Source: Streptococcus sanguinis | GTDB lineage: Bacteria > Bacillota > Bacilli > Lactobacillales > Streptococcaceae | DNA: 64,000 bases | Assembly (NCBI GenBank): GCA_963549775.1 | Contig: CAUUZZ010000001.1 | Span: 22,919 to 86,918, forward strand | Direction of reading: 5' to 3' | Shown here: positions 39,970 to 51,883 of the stretch, in pieces | Layout: every line of letters starts with the position of its first letter | Numbering within the stretch: position 1 is the first letter of the stretch | Notes under the pieces: model-generated | Databases searched by the model: none | The model's input: only the letters and a program-made list of their open reading frames with translations | What the model was told of the DNA's origin: nothing | Translations under genes and position numbers: made by a program

Positions 39970-42280
39970 GCTTGGCTCCTTTCTTGACTAGTTCCTTGTA
40001 AAATGCCTTCTGGCTCTTGCCTTTCTTGGACTTCTTATCTTTCTTATCTCTGTAGCCTTTTTCTTTGGAAGAATGGCTGCGCTTGTCATCTTCACGGCGT
40101 CTCTTTCTGCCTGACTTGCCTCTGCCACTCTTGCCAGTCTTTTCTATCAGGTCAAATTCACTAGGCAGGTATTCAAAGTCAATCTCGCCTGTAGCCTTAT
40201 CCGCTCGGACCAGCTTGATACGAATCTGCTGGCCAACCTTGAAGACCACACCAGACTTTTCTCCTTGCAGGGTCATCGTCCGCTCATTGTAGCTGTAAAA
40301 CTCTGGCAGGTTGGTGACATGAATCAAGCCTTCAACCGTATTGGGCAGTTCGACAAAGAGTCCAAACTTAACCACGCTTGAAACCACGCCGTCAAACTCT
40401 TCTCCAACAAATTCTTCCATATACTCAGCCTTCTTCATGGCTTCGACTTCTCGCTCAGCCTCGATAGCCCGACGCTCTCGGCTGGAAGACTGACTAGCAA
40501 TCTCTGGAATCACTTGCTCAAAATGCTCTGCTATTTCTTTAGACTTGCAATAATCCCGCACCATTCGGTGAACCAGAAGGTCAGGATAGCGGCGAATCGG
40601 ACTGGTGAAGTGCGTATAAAACTCCGCTGCCAGACCATAGTGACCGTGATTGTACTCGGAGTAGCGAGCCTGCTGCATGGAGCGCAGAAGCATCATGGAC
40701 AGGACATCCTCATAAGGCTGATCTTTTACCGACTCCATAATATCCTGCAACGCCTGCTGACTCATGGAGCTAGCCGTCCCGTATATCCGAATCCCAAAGC
40801 TAGAGGCGTAGTCGATAAACTTCTGCACCTTCTCCGCCTTAGGCTCCTCGTGGATCCGATAGATAAAGGGCAGATTTAGCTTAGCAAAATGCTCAGCCAC
40901 CGTTTCATTAGCCACCAGCATAAAGGACTCAATCATGCGCTCAGCAATTCCTCGCTGACGCAGGACAATATCTACCGGCCGACCTTCCTTATTGACCATG
41001 ATTTTGGCTTCATTGGTGTCAAAGTTAAGCGCACCGCGTTTAAAGCGCATGTTTTCCAGAATCTCATGCAGCTGGACCATGCTGTCAATACTAGGCACAA
41101 TGGCCTTGAACTGCTCAGCCTTTTCCTCATCTCCTGCGATTATGTCGTTGACATCGCTGTAGGTCATGCGGAAGGTCGTCTTTATGACAGTCTGGGTGAT
41201 ATTATGCTTGACCACGTGCCCCTTGGCATCAATCTCCATGATAGCCGACTGGGTCAGCCGATCTACATTGGGATTGAGAGAGCAGATTCCGTTGGACAGG
41301 CGCTCCGGCAGCATGGGCACCACGCGGTCGGTCACATAGACAGAGGTCGCCCGATTGAGGGCTTCCTTGTCCAGCTCAGAGCCTTCCTTGACATAGTAGG
41401 ACACATCAGCGATATGGACGCCCAGCTCAAAGTTCCCATTTTTCAGGCGCTTGATATGAACCGCATCGTCCAAATCCTTGGCATCTGCCCCATCGATGGT
41501 AAAGGTAATCTCATCGCGCAGGTCCAAACGCCCTTTCAAATCACTCTCAGTCGGTGCATCTGGAACTCGCTCGGCCTCTTCCAAGACCTTTTCTGGAAAC
41601 TCGGAGACAATATCCATAGACTCCAGCACTTCCAGTACATCAATGCCTGGGTCGTTGACATGACCGACTACATCAACCAGACTAGCCACGAAGAAATCGT
41701 GTTTCTTGGTCGGATATTTGTCAATAGCGACCTTTAGTACCTCTGTGCCATCCAGAACTAAGGCCGGTTTTTTAACATAAATAGGCTGGCTGATTTTCTG
41801 GTTTTTCGAGCGGATATAGCCCGCGTACTTTGGTTTTTCTTCATCCAGAACCAGCTGGCCAACCGCTGACGTCAGGCTGTGCTCCAAAATATCAATAATC
41901 TTAGCCTCAGCTGATGTTCCCTTGATCCGGTCTGCCACCTTGGTAATGACTACTTCCACTGTATCGCCATCAATGGCATGATTGACATCATTACGGCCGA
42001 CAAAGAGGTCATCCTCTTCCTCATTCAGAGTGACAAAGCCAAAGCCATTCTTGTGGGCATGAAAAACACCCTTGAGCGTCAGACGCTCCTTCTTTTTCTT
42101 CTCATAAAGCTCAATCCGCCCCTTGTCATCAAAGCGAATCTGATGCTTTCTTTCCATCTGGGAGATGGTCTTGACCAAGCTACTAAAGTCCTTGGAAGAC
42201 TCTTTCCCCAAAGCAGCCGCCAGCTCATCCACGCTAGCCTGCTGCCTGTCTTTTAAATATTCAATGATTTCTGATTTCAT
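39932..42280 (-). CDS. rnr: Ribonuclease R
   Basis: [23 protein letters not shown]1 domain and Lys-rich tail. Confidence 0.97.
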   Translation of the reverse strand: MKSEIIEYLKDRQQASVDELAAALGKESSKDFSSLVKTISQMERKHQIRFDDKGRIELYEKKKKERLTLKGVFHAHKNGFGFVTLNEEEDDLFVGRNDVNHAIDGDTVEVVITKVADRIKGTSAEAKIIDILEHSLTSAVGQLVLDEEKPKYAGYIRSKNQKISQPIYVKKPALVLDGTEVLKVAIDKYPTKKHDFFVASLVDVVGHVNDPGIDVLEVLESMDIVSEFPEKVLEEAERVPDAPTESDLKGRLDLRDEITFTIDGADAKDLDDAVHIKRLKNGNFELGVHIADVSYYVKEGSELDKEALNRATSVYVTDRVVPMLPERLSNGICSLNPNVDRLTQSAIMEIDAKGHVVKHNITQTVIKTTFRMTYSDVNDIIAGDEEKAEQFKAIVPSIDSMVQLHEILENMRFKRGALNFDTNEAKIMVNKEGRPVDIVLRQRGIAERMIESFMLVANETVAEHFAKLNLPFIYRIHEEPKAEKVQKFIDYASSFGIRIYGTASSMSQQALQDIMESVKDQPYEDVLSMMLLRSMQQARYSEYNHGHYGLAAEFYTHFTSPIRRYPDLLVHRMVRDYCKSKEIAEHFEQVIPEIASQSSSRERRAIEAEREVEAMKKAEYMEEFVGEEFDGVVSSVVKFGLFVELPNTVEGLIHVTNLPEFYSYNERTMTLQGEKSGVVFKVGQQIRIKLVRADKATGEIDFEYLPSEFDLIEKTGKSGRGKSGRKRRREDDKRSHSSKEKGYRDKKDKKSKKGKSQKAFYKELVKKGAKHGKGRRKGRRAK

Positions 42281-42369
42281 ATTCCTCTTCTTTTGATGAG
42301 TTCTTTCTTCATCTCTTCTAAATCTCTTTAAAACTTAAAAAATAGGCCAAGACGAAGTCAGAGCCCATT

Positions 42370-42603
42370 TTATTTACTTGATAATACTGCTAATACCAAT
42401 GCAATCAGTAGCCAGAAGAAAATCATGAATCCCGTCATACGCTGCATCACAGCTTCAAAACCACGTGCCTTAGGACGTTCAAACAAGTCGTTGGCACTGG
42501 CATCAAAGACGTTGCTGGACTGATTTTTGGTTGGTTGCATGAAAATTGCAATGACAATAATAGCTGATAAAATGACTAAAATGGTTAATAATAGGTTGTA
42601 CAT
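42370..42603 (-). CDS. secG: Preprotein translocase subunit SecG
   Basis: Two TMs with QPTK..LFER..ARG; synteny with rnr-smpB. Confidence 0.93.
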   Translation of the reverse strand: MYNLLLTILVILSAIIVIAIFMQPTKNQSSNVFDASANDLFERPKARGFEAVMQRMTGFMIFFWLLIALVLAVLSSK

Positions 42604-42645
42604 AAATAAAAACTCCTTAAAATCCTATCTATTTTATCATAAAAT

Positions 42646-42795
42646 CTACTTGGATTCAAGATGTAAAGTAACTTTTCTTTCCTTAGGACAATACTTTAAG
42701 ACCTCAATTTTTTCCGGATGCGTTTTAGTATTTTTGCTGGTCAGATAGTTCTGACTGCCGCAGCTGGAACATTTTAAATTTATTTTAACGCGCAC
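42646..42795 (-). CDS. rpmG: 50S ribosomal protein L33 (not in the ORF track)
   Basis: GTG start; [49 protein letters not shown]. Confidence 0.92.
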   Translation of the reverse strand: MRVKINLKCSSCGSQNYLTSKNTKTHPEKIEVLKYCPKERKVTLHLESK

Positions 42796-43994
42796 TAGAT
42801 ATCCTTCTTTTTAAATAAATTTCGAAAACTAAAGAGATTGGCCAGCATACTGACGGCGACTAGCCCTGCTGTTGCATAAAAAACTGAATGATAACCATAG
42901 GATGCCGCAATGACCGATCCAGACATAGGGCCAACCACCCCGCCAAGATAAAAGAAAATCTGATTATAGCTGAAAATCCTAGAGATTCCAAACTTGGGTG
43001 TTATCTTACTTAGCAGAGCATTGACACCTGGTATCAGCGCCCCTGTTCCTAGGCCAAATAAAAAGCGATAAAAGCCTAGCTGCATAGGGGAGCCAGCATT
43101 GGCACAGAGCAGATAAATCAGGATTGAATAGAACTGAGCCAGTACCAGAAGCCGGTGATTGCCGATACGATCTCCTAACCGCCCCAGAATACTGGAGCTC
43201 ATCATGCTGGAAAGTCCCATGCTAGAAACGATGAGACCCGAAACAAAGATCAGATTCTCCTTTTGCCCCAGCTCTCTGACATAGAGGGCAAGGATGGGAC
43301 TGATGGATTGAGCTGCAAACTGGATAACAAAGCTGGTCAGAAAGAGATTAATCAACATCTTAGGATACCTAAGTTGGCGCAGCAATTCCCTAAAGCCTAC
43401 CTCTTCTTGTCGGGTCACCGGCACAAAATCCTCCCGAATCAAATAAAAGGTCATTAAGGCTGATGCTAGAAAAAATCCGCCAATCAGAAGAAAGACATTG
43501 CGGATACCGAATATCTCCGCAATCAGACCTCCAATAAAGGGCCCCATAAGATTACCCGCAACGACACCGGTCGAGAGAGTTCCCAGAGCATAACCCGTTT
43601 TTTCCTTAGGAGCCTGACTGGCAATCAGAGCTGTGCTGTTGGGAACATAACCAGCGAAAACACCGTTTAGAAAGCGCAGGAGCAAGAGCCAGAAAATGTT
43701 GGGCACAAAAGCAATGCCGCCCATAGTGAAAACCATGGCAGTAGCTGCACGTATCATCATAGGCTTACGGCCATATCGGTCGGCCAGACTTCCCCAGACA
43801 GGAGAGAGCAGCGCCGCTGAGATTGCAGAGAGAGAAATCCCTAGCCCAGCGTAATACTCCACCTCATGACCTCTGGCACCCAGCTGCTCCACGAAAAGTG
43901 GCATAAAAGGCGTCACCAGAGAAATGCTGGCACCTGTTAGGAAGTTCCCAAACCAAGCGACTTTCAGGTTATGTTTCCAATTTACTTGTGTCGT
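42795..43994 (-). CDS. pmrA: MFS multidrug efflux transporter, PmrA-like (start codon non-canonical or mutated)
   Basis: [10 protein letters not shown] motif A; open frame extends upstream of the track start to ACG-ACA-CAA-GTA-AAT-TGG (43994). Confidence 0.8.
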   Translation of the reverse strand, partial: TTQVNWKHNLKVAWFGNFLTGASISLVTPFMPLFVEQLGARGHEVEYYAGLGISLSAISAALLSPVWGSLADRYGRKPMMIRAATAMVFTMGGIAFVPNIFWLLLLRFLNGVFAGYVPNSTALIASQAPKEKTGYALGTLSTGVVAGNLMGPFIGGLIAEIFGIRNVFLLIGGFFLASALMTFYLIREDFVPVTRQEEVGFRELLRQLRYPKMLINLFLTSFVIQFAAQSISPILALYVRELGQKENLIFVSGLIVSSMGLSSMMSSSILGRLGDRIGNHRLLVLAQFYSILIYLLCANAGSPMQLGFYRFLFGLGTGALIPGVNALLSKITPKFGISRIFSYNQIFFYLGGVVGPMSGSVIAASYGYHSVFYATAGLVAVSMLANLFSFRNLFKKKDI

Positions 43995-44000
43995 AATAAA

Positions 44001-44597
44001 TCAACTTCTTTCTAATTTCTGCAAAGCATCGCGAAGCTGCTGTTGAGTTTCCTCAATCGAGCCATTATTATCAATCAACACGTCCGCTCTCTTTCGTTTT
44101 TCTCGGAGAGATAGCTGAGCTGCTATGCGTTTTTCTGCCTCTTCTTGACTAAGAGAGTTTCGAGTCATAAGACGACTGAGCTGAGTTTCCTCTGTCACGT
44201 CCACCAGCCAGATGTGGTCAAACCAGTCTTCATATTGTAACTCAAACAGCAAGGGAAGGTCCATAAAAAAGATAGACTCAGTTTCTGCCAGCAAATCTCG
44301 TCTGCCAGCCAGTTCCTCGCGGATAATCTGGTTTTGTATTTGACTGGACTGCGCCAAGAGTTCAGGATCCCCAAAAATCATGGCTCCCAGTTTGGCCCGG
44401 TCCAAGCGGCCATTTTCCTGTAAGATAGCTGGACCAAAAGCGGATAAAAGAGCTTGATAAAGCCGTCCCTCCGGCTCTTGCAGCTCATGCACTACCTGAT
44501 CCGCATCAATAACCTGATAGCCCTGCTGCCTCAAAAACTCTGTCACTGTTGACTTACCCGAAGCAATGCCGCCAGTGATACCAATAATTCTTGCCAT
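44001..44597 (-). CDS. coaE: Dephospho-CoA kinase
   Basis: IGITGGIASGKST; PLLFE. Confidence 0.96.
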   Translation of the reverse strand: MARIIGITGGIASGKSTVTEFLRQQGYQVIDADQVVHELQEPEGRLYQALLSAFGPAILQENGRLDRAKLGAMIFGDPELLAQSSQIQNQIIREELAGRRDLLAETESIFFMDLPLLFELQYEDWFDHIWLVDVTEETQLSRLMTRNSLSQEEAEKRIAAQLSLREKRKRADVLIDNNGSIEETQQQLRDALQKLERS

Positions 44598-44602
44598 GAC
44601 AG

Positions 44603-45427
44603 CTACCTCGCTTTCTGGCAATGAGGACAGAGATGTGTACCTCGACCGCCCAGTTTAATTTTTTCAATCGGGCTGCCACATCTAGCACAAGGTTGACCAG
44701 TCTTTCCATAGACCTGCAGAAAATCCTGCATCGTGCCATCTTCACCCAAAGCATTACGATAGGTCCGAATGGTCGATCCTCTTTTCTCAATCCCAAGCTG
44801 CAAAACTTCTATAATCTGCTCACGCAGCCGCTTCACTTCAGCAGGATTTAGACTAGCTGCTGGCCTGGCCGGATGAATCTGCGCCCGCCAAAGAGCCTCA
44901 TCTACATAGATATTGCCCAGACCGACGACCAAGGTCTGCTCCAGCAAATAGGGTTTGATGGGCTTCTTGGAATGACTCAAAGCTGCAGCAAAAGGTGACA
45001 AAAGAAAGTCCGCCTCTGTCGGTTCAGGACCAAGCTTTCTGGCAGTGAAATAAGTCTCCAGCTGGTCCTTTCTCATCAGTTCCATAGTCCCAAACTTGCG
45101 GACATCCTCATAAACAAGCGTCCCGCCATCTGTCATCTGGAAAAAGACATGGGCATGCTTGCGCTCAGGCACCGCATCAGCATAAAAAAGATACTTACCT
45201 TCCATTCGCAGATGGGAAACCAGCACTCCGCCTGTCAGGTAAAAGAGCAAATACTTGCCCCGACGGCCAATCTTTTCAATGGTCTGACCTGGCAAGTCGT
45301 GGACAAAGCTATCCACTCCTGTACCGATCATCTTGGCATAGCGGACCCGCACCTGCTCAATCGTCTTGCCAACAACCAGACGCTCCAAACCGCGCTTAAC
45401 CGTTTCCACTTCAGGTAATTCAGGCAT
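44603..45427 (-). CDS. mutM: Formamidopyrimidine-DNA glycosylase
   Basis: MPELPEV, GLGNIY, C-terminal zinc finger. Confidence 0.98.
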   Translation of the reverse strand: MPELPEVETVKRGLERLVVGKTIEQVRVRYAKMIGTGVDSFVHDLPGQTIEKIGRRGKYLLFYLTGGVLVSHLRMEGKYLFYADAVPERKHAHVFFQMTDGGTLVYEDVRKFGTMELMRKDQLETYFTARKLGPEPTEADFLLSPFAAALSHSKKPIKPYLLEQTLVVGLGNIYVDEALWRAQIHPARPAASLNPAEVKRLREQIIEVLQLGIEKRGSTIRTYRNALGEDGTMQDFLQVYGKTGQPCARCGSPIEKIKLGGRGTHLCPHCQKAR

Positions 45428-45454
45428 AAAGCTCCTTTCTTAATATTCTCAATA

Positions 45455-45925
45455 TCAAAGCCCCATAGCAAAGCTGTCCGAAAAATACTCATCCAGCATC
45501 AGGCGGTGTTTATCCGATACATTTTCCAGCTCTGCTATTTCTTCTTTAGAAAAAAAGCCTAAACGCAGTGTTTCCTCATTGTGAAAATTGGAAATATCAA
45601 CATTCTCCAATGCCTGCAATTCATACAGGAAGACAACCGTCTGAACTTTGTCACCATTAGGATAAGATTCATCAAAATTAGTATAAACATTCAGCAAGCG
45701 CTTGGCTTCAACAGAAATGCCTGTCTCTTCGTGAAATTCACGCACGGCTGCTTGCAGAGAAGTCTCCCCGAGTTCCATAGCTCCTCCAGGAATCGCCCAT
45801 GTTTTCTTATCGCCTCGCAACTGCAGAAGCACACGACCGCCCTCGTCTGCCAGAATTCCACCAGCAAAATTCAGGATAACCTTATCATGCCCCACCTTGG
45901 AGCGAATATAGGAAATATAGTCCAT
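45455..45925 (-). CDS. NUDIX hydrolase
   Basis: GGAMELGETSLQAAVREFHEETG Nudix box. Confidence 0.92.
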   Translation of the reverse strand: MDYISYIRSKVGHDKVILNFAGGILADEGGRVLLQLRGDKKTWAIPGGAMELGETSLQAAVREFHEETGISVEAKRLLNVYTNFDESYPNGDKVQTVVFLYELQALENVDISNFHNEETLRLGFFSKEEIAELENVSDKHRLMLDEYFSDSFAMGL

Positions 45926-45926
45926 A

Positions 45927-46709
45927 TCAAAATCCTTTCATTTTCTCTGGGAAGGCAGCATTTTGAAAGAAATAGCGCAGCAGCTGAATATGCGTATCCA
46001 CATCACTAAAAAGCCAAGCATGCCCTTTGTCAGGATAATAGGCGCATTCAGACCTAGCATTTTTCTGCGCCAACATGCGGTGCCAGTCATGAATGGTTTC
46101 AGCTTCTTTTCCACCTGAGACAAAGAAAGCAGGATTATCAAACTGCAAGTCAAGTCTCAACAGATTTGCCTGTGACATCGCACGGCGAAACGAACGCCGC
46201 GAAGCTCTTTGAAAATCTGCAAAAAAGCGCTGAACGTCTTGGACAGGTGCTCCGTCCTCTTGCATCATCTTTGTCAGGAGATTAGCTACAAATTTAGTAT
46301 TTTTCAAGAAAGACATCAGATAGACAATGGCAATGATCTTGCGATAGCCCTTAATTGGCTGGGGGCTTGCCCCATCAACAATGACTTTATCTATAAGGCT
46401 AGAATGTTTTTCCAACAACTTAAGAATGAGTGAACCGCCTAATGAAAGCCCAACCAAGTGCGGTTTGCCATGTGCTTTGTTTTTAATGACAGCCACAATC
46501 ATTTCCACGACATCATCAAAGTTTGTCCACTCAATATCACGACTCGCTCCGTGACCAGGTAAATCCACAAGGATGCAATGAAAATCTTGCTCAAGCGCAG
46601 CAACATGGTGTCGCCACATCTGACTGCTAGAGCCTGAAGCATGCAAAAAGATAATACTTTTTGGATTTTGCTGCCCTCTTTCGTCAATGAATAATGGCGG
46701 CATCTCCAT
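45927..46709 (-). CDS. Alpha/beta-fold hydrolase
   Basis: DLPGHG, GLSLGG, KGHAW; start uncertain. Confidence 0.85.
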   Translation of the reverse strand: MEMPPLFIDERGQQNPKSIIFLHASGSSSQMWRHHVAALEQDFHCILVDLPGHGASRDIEWTNFDDVVEMIVAVIKNKAHGKPHLVGLSLGGSLILKLLEKHSSLIDKVIVDGASPQPIKGYRKIIAIVYLMSFLKNTKFVANLLTKMMQEDGAPVQDVQRFFADFQRASRRSFRRAMSQANLLRLDLQFDNPAFFVSGGKEAETIHDWHRMLAQKNARSECAYYPDKGHAWLFSDVDTHIQLLRYFFQNAAFPEKMKGF

Positions 46710-46735
46710 CACCTCACTTACTAGCTTAGAAAACC

Positions 46736-47635
46736 TCAATACTCCTTCTTATTATAGCCAAAGTCCGCCAAGTCCAGCTTCTTGTCCCGCCAGTTTTTCT
46801 TGACCTTGACCCAGGTTTCTAGGAAGACCTTGTCCCCTAGCATGAGCTCAATATCGCGCCGAGCCATAGATCCGATTTTCTTCAGCATGGATCCGCCTTT
46901 GCCGATGATAATACCTTTTTGGCTATCACGCTCTACCATGATGGTCGCTCGGATATGGACCTTGTCTGTCTCCTCGTCTCGCTTCATGCTATCAACGACC
47001 ACCGCGACTGAATGGGGAATTTCCTCCCGCGTCAGCATCAAAACCTTCTCCCGAATCATCTCAGACACTAGGAAACGCTCTGGATGGTCCGTGATTTGAT
47101 CTTCTGGGAAATACTGGAAGCCTTCCTCCAGATTCTCGCTAAGGATGTCAACCAGACGGGAAACATTATTACCCTGCAGAGCTGAAATCGGCACGATTTC
47201 TTTGAAGTCCATCTGCTGACGGAAATCATCAATTTGCGCTAAAAGCTGATCCGGATGGACTTTATCAATCTTATTAACTACCAAAATAACTGGTACTTTA
47301 GCCGATTTCAGGCGTTCGATAATCATGTCATCGCCCTTGCCACGCGGCTCATCAGCCGGCACCATGAAGAGGACGGTATCCACCTCACGCAGGGTGCTGT
47401 AAGCTGCTTCCACCATAAAATCACCTAGAGCCGTCTTGGGCTTGTGGATTCCTGGCGTATCGATAAAGACAATCTGCTCCTTATCCGTCGTGTAAATCCC
47501 CATAATCTTATTGCGTGTGGTCTGAGCCTTATCACTCATGATGGCAATCTTTTGCCCCATAACATGATTCAAAAAGGTTGATTTCCCAACATTAGGACGT
47601 CCCAAAATAGCTACAAAACCTGATTTAAAAGTCAT
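46736..47635 (-). CDS. era: GTPase Era
   Basis: [18 protein letters not shown] domain. Confidence 0.98.
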   Translation of the reverse strand: MTFKSGFVAILGRPNVGKSTFLNHVMGQKIAIMSDKAQTTRNKIMGIYTTDKEQIVFIDTPGIHKPKTALGDFMVEAAYSTLREVDTVLFMVPADEPRGKGDDMIIERLKSAKVPVILVVNKIDKVHPDQLLAQIDDFRQQMDFKEIVPISALQGNNVSRLVDILSENLEEGFQYFPEDQITDHPERFLVSEMIREKVLMLTREEIPHSVAVVVDSMKRDEETDKVHIRATIMVERDSQKGIIIGKGGSMLKKIGSMARRDIELMLGDKVFLETWVKVKKNWRDKKLDLADFGYNKKEY

Positions 47636-47701
47636 TATTCCACCTCTATTATTTCCATTAAAACAGCAGAAAATCGGCAGTCTCCCCCGATTTTCAAATC
47701 T

Positions 47702-48100
47702 TTAAAAAATCCAATCCCAAATCTTGGGAACAAAAATAATCAGTCCTGTCACAACAGCAAAGCCAGACACGACCAGAACAGCTCCAGCTGCCATATCCTT
47801 GGCATTCTTTGCCCGCATAGAAAAGTGGTAATCGCTGGCCAGATCCACGACATTTTCAATAGCAGAATTGACAATCTCAAAGGCAATGACCAGAAAAATG
47901 CTCAAAAAGAGAAAGAGCCATTCTATCGCGGACAAGTCAAAAATCAGTCCCGCAACTATCACTGCCAAAGCCGAAAGGACATGCTTGCGCAGATTGCGCT
48001 CCTCTTTAAAGGCTGTAAAAATACCGGTTAAAGCAAATTCCAGACTCGAGACCACATCTCGATTTTTCCATTTGCGTTTGTTATTTCCTTGTGAGTCCAT
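47702..48100 (-). CDS. dgkA: Diacylglycerol/undecaprenol kinase
   Basis: [21 protein letters not shown]. Confidence 0.95.
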   Translation of the reverse strand: MDSQGNNKRKWKNRDVVSSLEFALTGIFTAFKEERNLRKHVLSALAVIVAGLIFDLSAIEWLFLFLSIFLVIAFEIVNSAIENVVDLASDYHFSMRAKNAKDMAAGAVLVVSGFAVVTGLIIFVPKIWDWIF

Positions 48101-48578
48101 AAGCAGTTAAAATTTCTTCCTGTAAACCAAACATTTCTGCTTCTTCTTCCGGCGTATAGTGATCATAGCCGTTGATATGCAGAAAACCATGCACTGCCAA
48201 AAAGCCCATCTCCCGCTCAAAGCTGTGGCCGTATTCTTCAGCCTGCTCACGCGCCTTGTCCACTGAAATGAACAGCTCGCCGATATAGGCGTCAAAATCT
48301 TCCAACATCTCAGCTAGCTCAGGGTGGTCCAGCAAATCCTCCTCGTCAACAGCGATGTCCAGCTCAGGCTTATACTCCAAGCTAATCACATCCGTCGGCC
48401 GATCCGTATCTCTATATTCTAAATTGAGTTCATGACTGCGCTCATTACTAACAAAAGTCACAGCCATTTCCTTCTTTTCCTTGCCCGTTTTCTGGGCCGC
48501 AAACTCCAAAATTTCCTGAGTCTGTTTAAGAATCTCTTCCGAAACCTGACCCGTCTCATCTACCATTTCGATATACAT
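48081..48578 (-). CDS. ybeY: rRNA maturation endoribonuclease YbeY
   Basis: [17 protein letters not shown]. Confidence 0.96.
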   Translation of the reverse strand: MYIEMVDETGQVSEEILKQTQEILEFAAQKTGKEKKEMAVTFVSNERSHELNLEYRDTDRPTDVISLEYKPELDIAVDEEDLLDHPELAEMLEDFDAYIGELFISVDKAREQAEEYGHSFEREMGFLAVHGFLHINGYDHYTPEEEAEMFGLQEEILTAYGLTRK

Positions 48579-48802
48579 ATCTTACCCGCTTTGCTAGTAT
48601 TACCTTATTATATCATATTTTGGCTCACTTTAGGGAGCCGAGGGCAGGGTTTTGGAAAATAGCAGAGCAGATTTGTCAACCTCTCACCGCAAAGACAAAA
48701 GCAGCTATTTTTATTTTATACCTTCCCGAAACTTTCCCTTTCACTACCTGCTATCATTGGCAAAAAGAAAAGGCTGGGAAAACCCAACCTTATCCTACAA
48801 GA

Positions 48803-48875
48803 TGCTAATTGCCGGGATCGAACCGGCGACCTCATCCTTACCATGGATGCGCTCTGCCAACTGAGCTAAATCAGC
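48803..48875 (-). tRNA. tRNA-Thr(GGT), CCA not encoded
   Basis: GCTGATTTAGCTCAGTTGGCAGAGCG-CATCC-ATGGTAA-GGATG-AGGTCGCCGGTTCGATCCCGGCAATTAGCA; own promoter TTGACA-17-TATATT. Confidence 0.95.
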
Positions 48876-48923
48876 GTACCTATCTAATATATCATGTAGA
48901 TAGGTGCTTGTCAATATCCTTTC

Positions 48924-49493
48924 TCATTTTTTTGCAAAATAATCTTCCCTAGTCAGATAGTAATGGACCCGCGTCACAATGCGGCCTTTCTCATGCTTGT
49001 CTAGAGATGCGTAAGGCTCTTCGTGGGAATATTTCATACCAGACTTGACCATAACCCGGCCAGATGCTGGATTATCCACATCATGCAGCGCTACAAGTTT
49101 GTTCATCCCGATTTCCTCAAAAGCCAGCTTGATTACTGCGCGATTAGCCTCTGTCGTATAACCCTGATTCCAGTATTTTTTATTGATTACATAGCCGATA
49201 GCTGCCGTTTTCAAGTCCAGCCTGATCTTATGCAGTTCAATCGTCCCGATGAATTTGCCACTCTCCTTCACTTCTATCCCCCAGCGTCCCAGAGGATTAG
49301 CCAGATAAAAGAGTGCGATATTATTGCGTGTTTCATCCAGGCTTTTATTTGTCTCAAAAGTATAGCGAGTATTTTCCTTATCCGAAGCATACTCAAACAT
49401 GGCTGGGGCATCGTCCAAGGTCACCGGACGTAGAATCAGCCGTTCAGTTTCCAGTCTGACATGATGAGCCAATTTGACATAGATATTTTCCAT
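48924..49493 (-). CDS. GNAT (RimJ/RimL-type) N-acetyltransferase
   Basis: LETERLILR, YWNQGY, NPASGRV. Confidence 0.92.
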   Translation of the reverse strand: MENIYVKLAHHVRLETERLILRPVTLDDAPAMFEYASDKENTRYTFETNKSLDETRNNIALFYLANPLGRWGIEVKESGKFIGTIELHKIRLDLKTAAIGYVINKKYWNQGYTTEANRAVIKLAFEEIGMNKLVALHDVDNPASGRVMVKSGMKYSHEEPYASLDKHEKGRIVTRVHYYLTREDYFAKK

Positions 49494-49623
49494 CAGGACC
49501 TCCTAGATTTTCTTAACAGAATAGCACAATTCACTGATGAAAGCAAACCACTCTGATTTTTTCTTGATTTTTGAAGCGTTTTCCTATACAATAAAAACAT
49601 CTTAAAAAAGGAGCATATTTTTT

Positions 49624-50736
49624 ATGTTAATCGGTATTCCAAAAGAAATCAAAAACAATGAAAATCGTGTCGCTCTGACACCAGCTGGTGTTCATAGTCT
49701 CGTTGGTAAAGGCCATGAAGTTCTGATTGAGACAAATGCTGGTCTGGGATCTGGCTTTGCCGATGCAGACTATGAAAAGCAAGGTGCAAAAATCGTCCCT
49801 ACTGCTGCAGAAGCGTGGGCAGCTGAGCTGGTGGTCAAGGTTAAAGAACCTCTGGCAGCTGAATATAGCTTCCTACGTGATGACCTCTTGCTCTTTACCT
49901 ATCTGCACATGGCTGCCGCTCCTGAGCTAGCAGATGCTATGACTAGTGCCAAGACGACTGGTCTGGCCTACGAAACTGTCCGCGATCAAGATGGCCAACT
50001 ACCGCTTTTAGTACCAATGAGTGAAGTCGCTGGTCGGATGGCTGTCCAAATCGGTGCTCACTTCTTGACTAAGAGAGAAGGCGGATCGGGCGTACTTCTC
50101 GGCGGTGTTCCGGGTGTTCCGAAAGGGAAAGTTACCATCATCGGTGGCGGTGTCGTAGGAACTCATGCCGCTCGTATCGCTCTAGGATTGGGTGCTCAAG
50201 CGACTATTCTGGATATCAGCGCTAAGCGTCTGTCTGTCCTAGAAGATGTCTTCGGTCATCAAATACAGACCCTCATGTCTAATCCTTTCAATATCGAAGC
50301 TAGCGTTCGAGAGGCAGATGTCGTGATTGGTGCTGTCCTCATTCCAGGTGCCAAGGCTCCGAAACTGGTAACAGACGATATGGTTAAGCAAATGCGTCCA
50401 GGCTCTGTCATTGTAGACGTAGCCGTTGACCAAGGCGGTGTCATTGAAACAGCTGACCGTGTAACGACTCACACCGAGCCTGTCTATGAAAAACACGGTG
50501 TCCTCCACTATGCAGTTGCTAATATCCCTGGGGCCGTAGCCCGCACTTCTACTATCGCCCTTACTAATGTCACCCTTCCTTATGTGGAGGCTTTGGCAGG
50601 GAAAGGCTTCAAACAAGCCATTGCAGATGACCAAGGCCTGCGCCAAGGTGTCACAACCTACCAAGGTCACATCACCAGCCAGCCAGTTGCAGAAGGCCTC
50701 AACAAGGACTACACATCTATTGATGAACTCGTTTAG
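49624..50736 (+). CDS. ald: Alanine dehydrogenase
   Basis: [24 protein letters not shown]; cre-like TTGAAGCGTTTTCC near 49571. Confidence 0.97.
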   Translation: MLIGIPKEIKNNENRVALTPAGVHSLVGKGHEVLIETNAGLGSGFADADYEKQGAKIVPTAAEAWAAELVVKVKEPLAAEYSFLRDDLLLFTYLHMAAAPELADAMTSAKTTGLAYETVRDQDGQLPLLVPMSEVAGRMAVQIGAHFLTKREGGSGVLLGGVPGVPKGKVTIIGGGVVGTHAARIALGLGAQATILDISAKRLSVLEDVFGHQIQTLMSNPFNIEASVREADVVIGAVLIPGAKAPKLVTDDMVKQMRPGSVIVDVAVDQGGVIETADRVTTHTEPVYEKHGVLHYAVANIPGAVARTSTIALTNVTLPYVEALAGKGFKQAIADDQGLRQGVTTYQGHITSQPVAEGLNKDYTSIDELV

Positions 50737-50767
50737 TTGATTATTTCAACTTTAAAATCAATCCTAC

Positions 50768-50797
50768 AAAAAAGAGCAGAAATAAATCTGCTCTTTT
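50768..50797. terminator. Bidirectional terminator (ald/phoH)
   Basis: AAAAGAGCAGA-aataaa-TCTGCTCTTTT. Confidence 0.75.
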
Positions 50798-50803
50798 CGT
50801 ATG

Positions 50804-51793
50804 CTATTCTGTTTCTTCTACATTTAATTCACTAGCTTTAACAGGAGTTGGCTCATAAGCCTTGATAATCTCCGCTACCACTGGATGACGAACGACATCC
50901 TTAGCTGAGAAATGGACAAAATCAATCTGCGAAATATTTTTCAATTTCTCCTGAGCGTCAATGAGGCCGGACTTAACATTGCGAGGCAGGTCAATCTGGC
51001 TGATGTCTCCATTGACAATCATCTTGGACTGGAAGCCCAGACGTGTCAAAAACATCTTCATCTGCATGATGGTAGTATTCTGTGCTTCGTCCAGAATCAC
51101 AAAGGCATCATCCAGCGTCCGCCCCCGCATATAGGCTAAGGGCGCAATCTCAATGATTTCTCGCTCCATAAGGCGCGTCGTTTGATCCTTACCCAAAATC
51201 TGATACAAGGCATCATAGACCGGACGCAGATATGGATCCACCTTTTCCTTAAGGTCACCAGGCAGAAAGCCCAAACTCTCACCAGCTTCCACAGCCGGCC
51301 TTGTGAGGATAATTCGCTTGACTTGCCCACGCTTAAGAGCAGTCACCGCCAAGGTCACCGCTAGAAAGGTCTTCCCTGTTCCAGCTGGCCCGATACCAAA
51401 GACAATATCATGATTTTTAACACTGTCCACATAGATTTTTTGACCAAGTGTCTTGACGCGAATCGGCTTGCCATAGCTGTCCTTGATAATCTCTTCTTCG
51501 TAGAGTGCTACAAACTTATCAATTTCATCATTATTGACCATGGTAATGGCTGTCACAACATCGGGTGTGCCAATTGTCATGCCACGATTGACCAAGACCA
51601 ACAGAGCCTGAATGACCTGTCGAGTCTCCTCGCAGGCAGCCTCCGTACCCAAAATCTGCACAATCTCGGTTCGGGCATGGATGGTTACCTTCAATTCCTG
51701 CTCCATTAGGCGCAGATGGCGTTCATTAGAGCCAAAGAGATGAAAAGCATCATCTGGATGACCCAGTTTCAATTCTACTGAATGTTCCTGCAA
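50804..51793 (-). CDS. phoH: PhoH-family ATPase
   Basis: GPAGTGKT, LGFLPGD, RGRT, DEAQN. Confidence 0.95.
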   Translation of the reverse strand: MQEHSVELKLGHPDDAFHLFGSNERHLRLMEQELKVTIHARTEIVQILGTEAACEETRQVIQALLVLVNRGMTIGTPDVVTAITMVNNDEIDKFVALYEEEIIKDSYGKPIRVKTLGQKIYVDSVKNHDIVFGIGPAGTGKTFLAVTLAVTALKRGQVKRIILTRPAVEAGESLGFLPGDLKEKVDPYLRPVYDALYQILGKDQTTRLMEREIIEIAPLAYMRGRTLDDAFVILDEAQNTTIMQMKMFLTRLGFQSKMIVNGDISQIDLPRNVKSGLIDAQEKLKNISQIDFVHFSAKDVVRHPVVAEIIKAYEPTPVKASELNVEETE

Positions 51794-51883
51794 ACAAAGA
51801 ACCTCTCTATTTTATTTTTTTGAATGAATTATCTTTATTATATCAAAGCAAACAGAAAATGACTATTCCCAGCAATTATCTGC

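Noticed and set aside
40889..41737. Long antisense ORFs opposite rnr (also opposite vicX, vicK, thrS, pepQ, frr and rplA)
   Set aside because: These are shadow frames of conserved genes caused by codon bias, with no independent coding signals.
48600..48930. tRNA-Thr as a possible integration site
   Set aside because: No duplicated tRNA 3' end, integrase or foreign island is adjacent.
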